Assembly (NCBI GenBank): GCA_026770705.1
Contig: JANJGN010000005.1
Coordinates: 44,082,001 to 44,146,000 of the forward strand
Origin: Isurus oxyrinchus
Taxonomy: Eukaryota
DNA length: 64,000 nucleotides
Direction of reading: 5' to 3'
A program made the position numbers and the translations under genes. The notes beneath the pieces are model-generated. The model was not told where the DNA came from and did not search any database. It saw only the letters and a program-made list of their open reading frames with translations. Positions 62,670 through 64,000 of the stretch are shown here, piece after piece. Numbering within the stretch: the first letter of the stretch is position 1; every line of letters starts with the position of its first letter.

Positions 62670-64000
62670 TCTGGTGGACAGGCTTTGTGGAGTCAGGTGG
62701 TGAGTTACTCGTCGCAGGTTTCTTAGCCTCTGACCTGCTATTGTAGCCACAATATTTATATGGCTAATCCAGTTCAGTTTCTGGTCAATGGTAACCTCCA
62801 GGATGTTGATAGTTGGGGATTCAACGATGGTAATCCCATTGAATGTCAAGGGGCAATGGTTAAATTCTCACTTGTTGGAGATGGGCATTGCCTGGGACTT
62901 GTGTGTCGTGAGTGTTACTTGCCACTTGTCAGCCCAAGACTGGATGTTGTCCAAGTCTTGCTGCATTTGGACACGGACGGCTTCAGTGTCTGAGGAGTCG
63001 CGAATGGTGCTGAACATTGTGCAAACATCAATGAACATCCCCACTTTTGACCTTATGATGGAAGAAAGGTCATTGATGAAGCAGTTGAAGAAGGTTGGGC
63101 CGAGGACACTACCCTGAGGAACTCCTGCAGTGATGTCCTGGAACTGAGATGATTGACTTCCAAAAACCACAACCATCTTCCTTGGTGCAGGTATGACTCC
63201 AACGAGCAGAGAGTTTTCCCCCTGATTTCCATTGTCTCCAGTTTTCTAGGGCTCCTTGATGCCACACTCAGTCAAATGCTGCCTTGATGTCAAGGACAGT
63301 CACTCACCTCACCTATGAAGTTGAGCTCTTTTGTCCATGTTTGAACCAAGGTTGTAATGAGGTCAGAAGCTGAGTGACCCTGGTGGAACCCATATTGTGC
63401 TTCACTGAGCAGGTTGTTGCTAAGGAAGTGCTGTTGATGACCCCTTCCATCACTTTACTCATGATCAAGAATAGATTGATGGGGTAGTAATTGGCCGAGT
63501 TGGATTTGTCCCACTTTATTGTGTCTAGAACATAACCGGGCAATTTTCCACATAGCTGGGTAAATGCCAGTGTTGTGGCTGTACTGAAACAGCTTGGCTA
63601 GGGGCGTGGCAAGTTCTGGAGCACAAGTCTTCAGTTCCAGAATATTGTCCATAGGGTCCAAAGCCTTTGCAGTATCCGGTGCCTTCAGCTGTTTCTTGAT
63701 ATCATGTGGAGTGAATCGAATTAGCTGAAGATAGGCATCTGTGATACTGAGGACCTCCAGAGGAGGCTGAGATAGATCACCCACTCAGCACTCCTGGCTG
63801 AAGATTGTTGCAAATATTTCAGTTTTATCTTTTGCACTGATGTGCTGAGCTCCCCCATCATTTAGGATAGGGATATTTGTGGAGCCTCCTCCTTCAGTGA
63901 GTTGTTTACTTGTCCACTACTATTCATGACTGGATGTGGCAGGACAGCAGAGAGTCATATCTGATCCTTTGCTTGTGGAATTGCTTAGCTCTGTCTACCA
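62670..64000 (-). mobile_element. HER1-like LINE RT region, running off the window
   Basis: ORFs 63455..63784 (LKTCAPELATPLAKLFQYS), 62868..63176 and 62640..62849. Confidence 0.9.

Overview
Eukaryotic genomic DNA, almost certainly from a cartilaginous fish (shark/ray). This is inferred from repeats resembling elasmobranch HE1 SINE, HER1 LINE and SacSINE1. The window is the interior of one minus-strand phospholipase C-gamma gene (PLCG1 or a PLCG1-like paralogue). Nine consecutive coding exons (equivalent to human PLCG1 exons 5-13; 871 nt, 290 codons; EF-hand region plus catalytic X-box) lie between 36238 and 2377. All have GT-AG boundaries and join in one open frame. The upstream exons were not found, so intron 4 appears to exceed 27 kb. 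The introns consist mostly of decayed mobile elements: CR1, HER1, L2 and RTE LINEs, SINEs, Penelope-like elements, a Gypsy LTR element, a fragmented Harbinger transposon and Harbinger-type MITEs. There are no bacterial-type systems, CRISPR arrays, rRNA or real tRNA genes. The most notable observations are: (1) a Gypsy element whose reverse-transcriptase core is replaced by an unrelated coiled-coil ORF fused in frame to the protease; (2) minimal hammerhead-ribozyme motifs in Penelope termini, one sense to the PLC pre-mRNA; (3) an atypical AC|GTTAAGTA 5' splice site; (4) sequence features suggesting a third vertebrate PLC-gamma paralogue; (5) several templated or nested inverted repeats. Exon coordinates were counted by hand. 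Repeat boundaries are approximate and family names come from recalled consensus sequences, not database searches.
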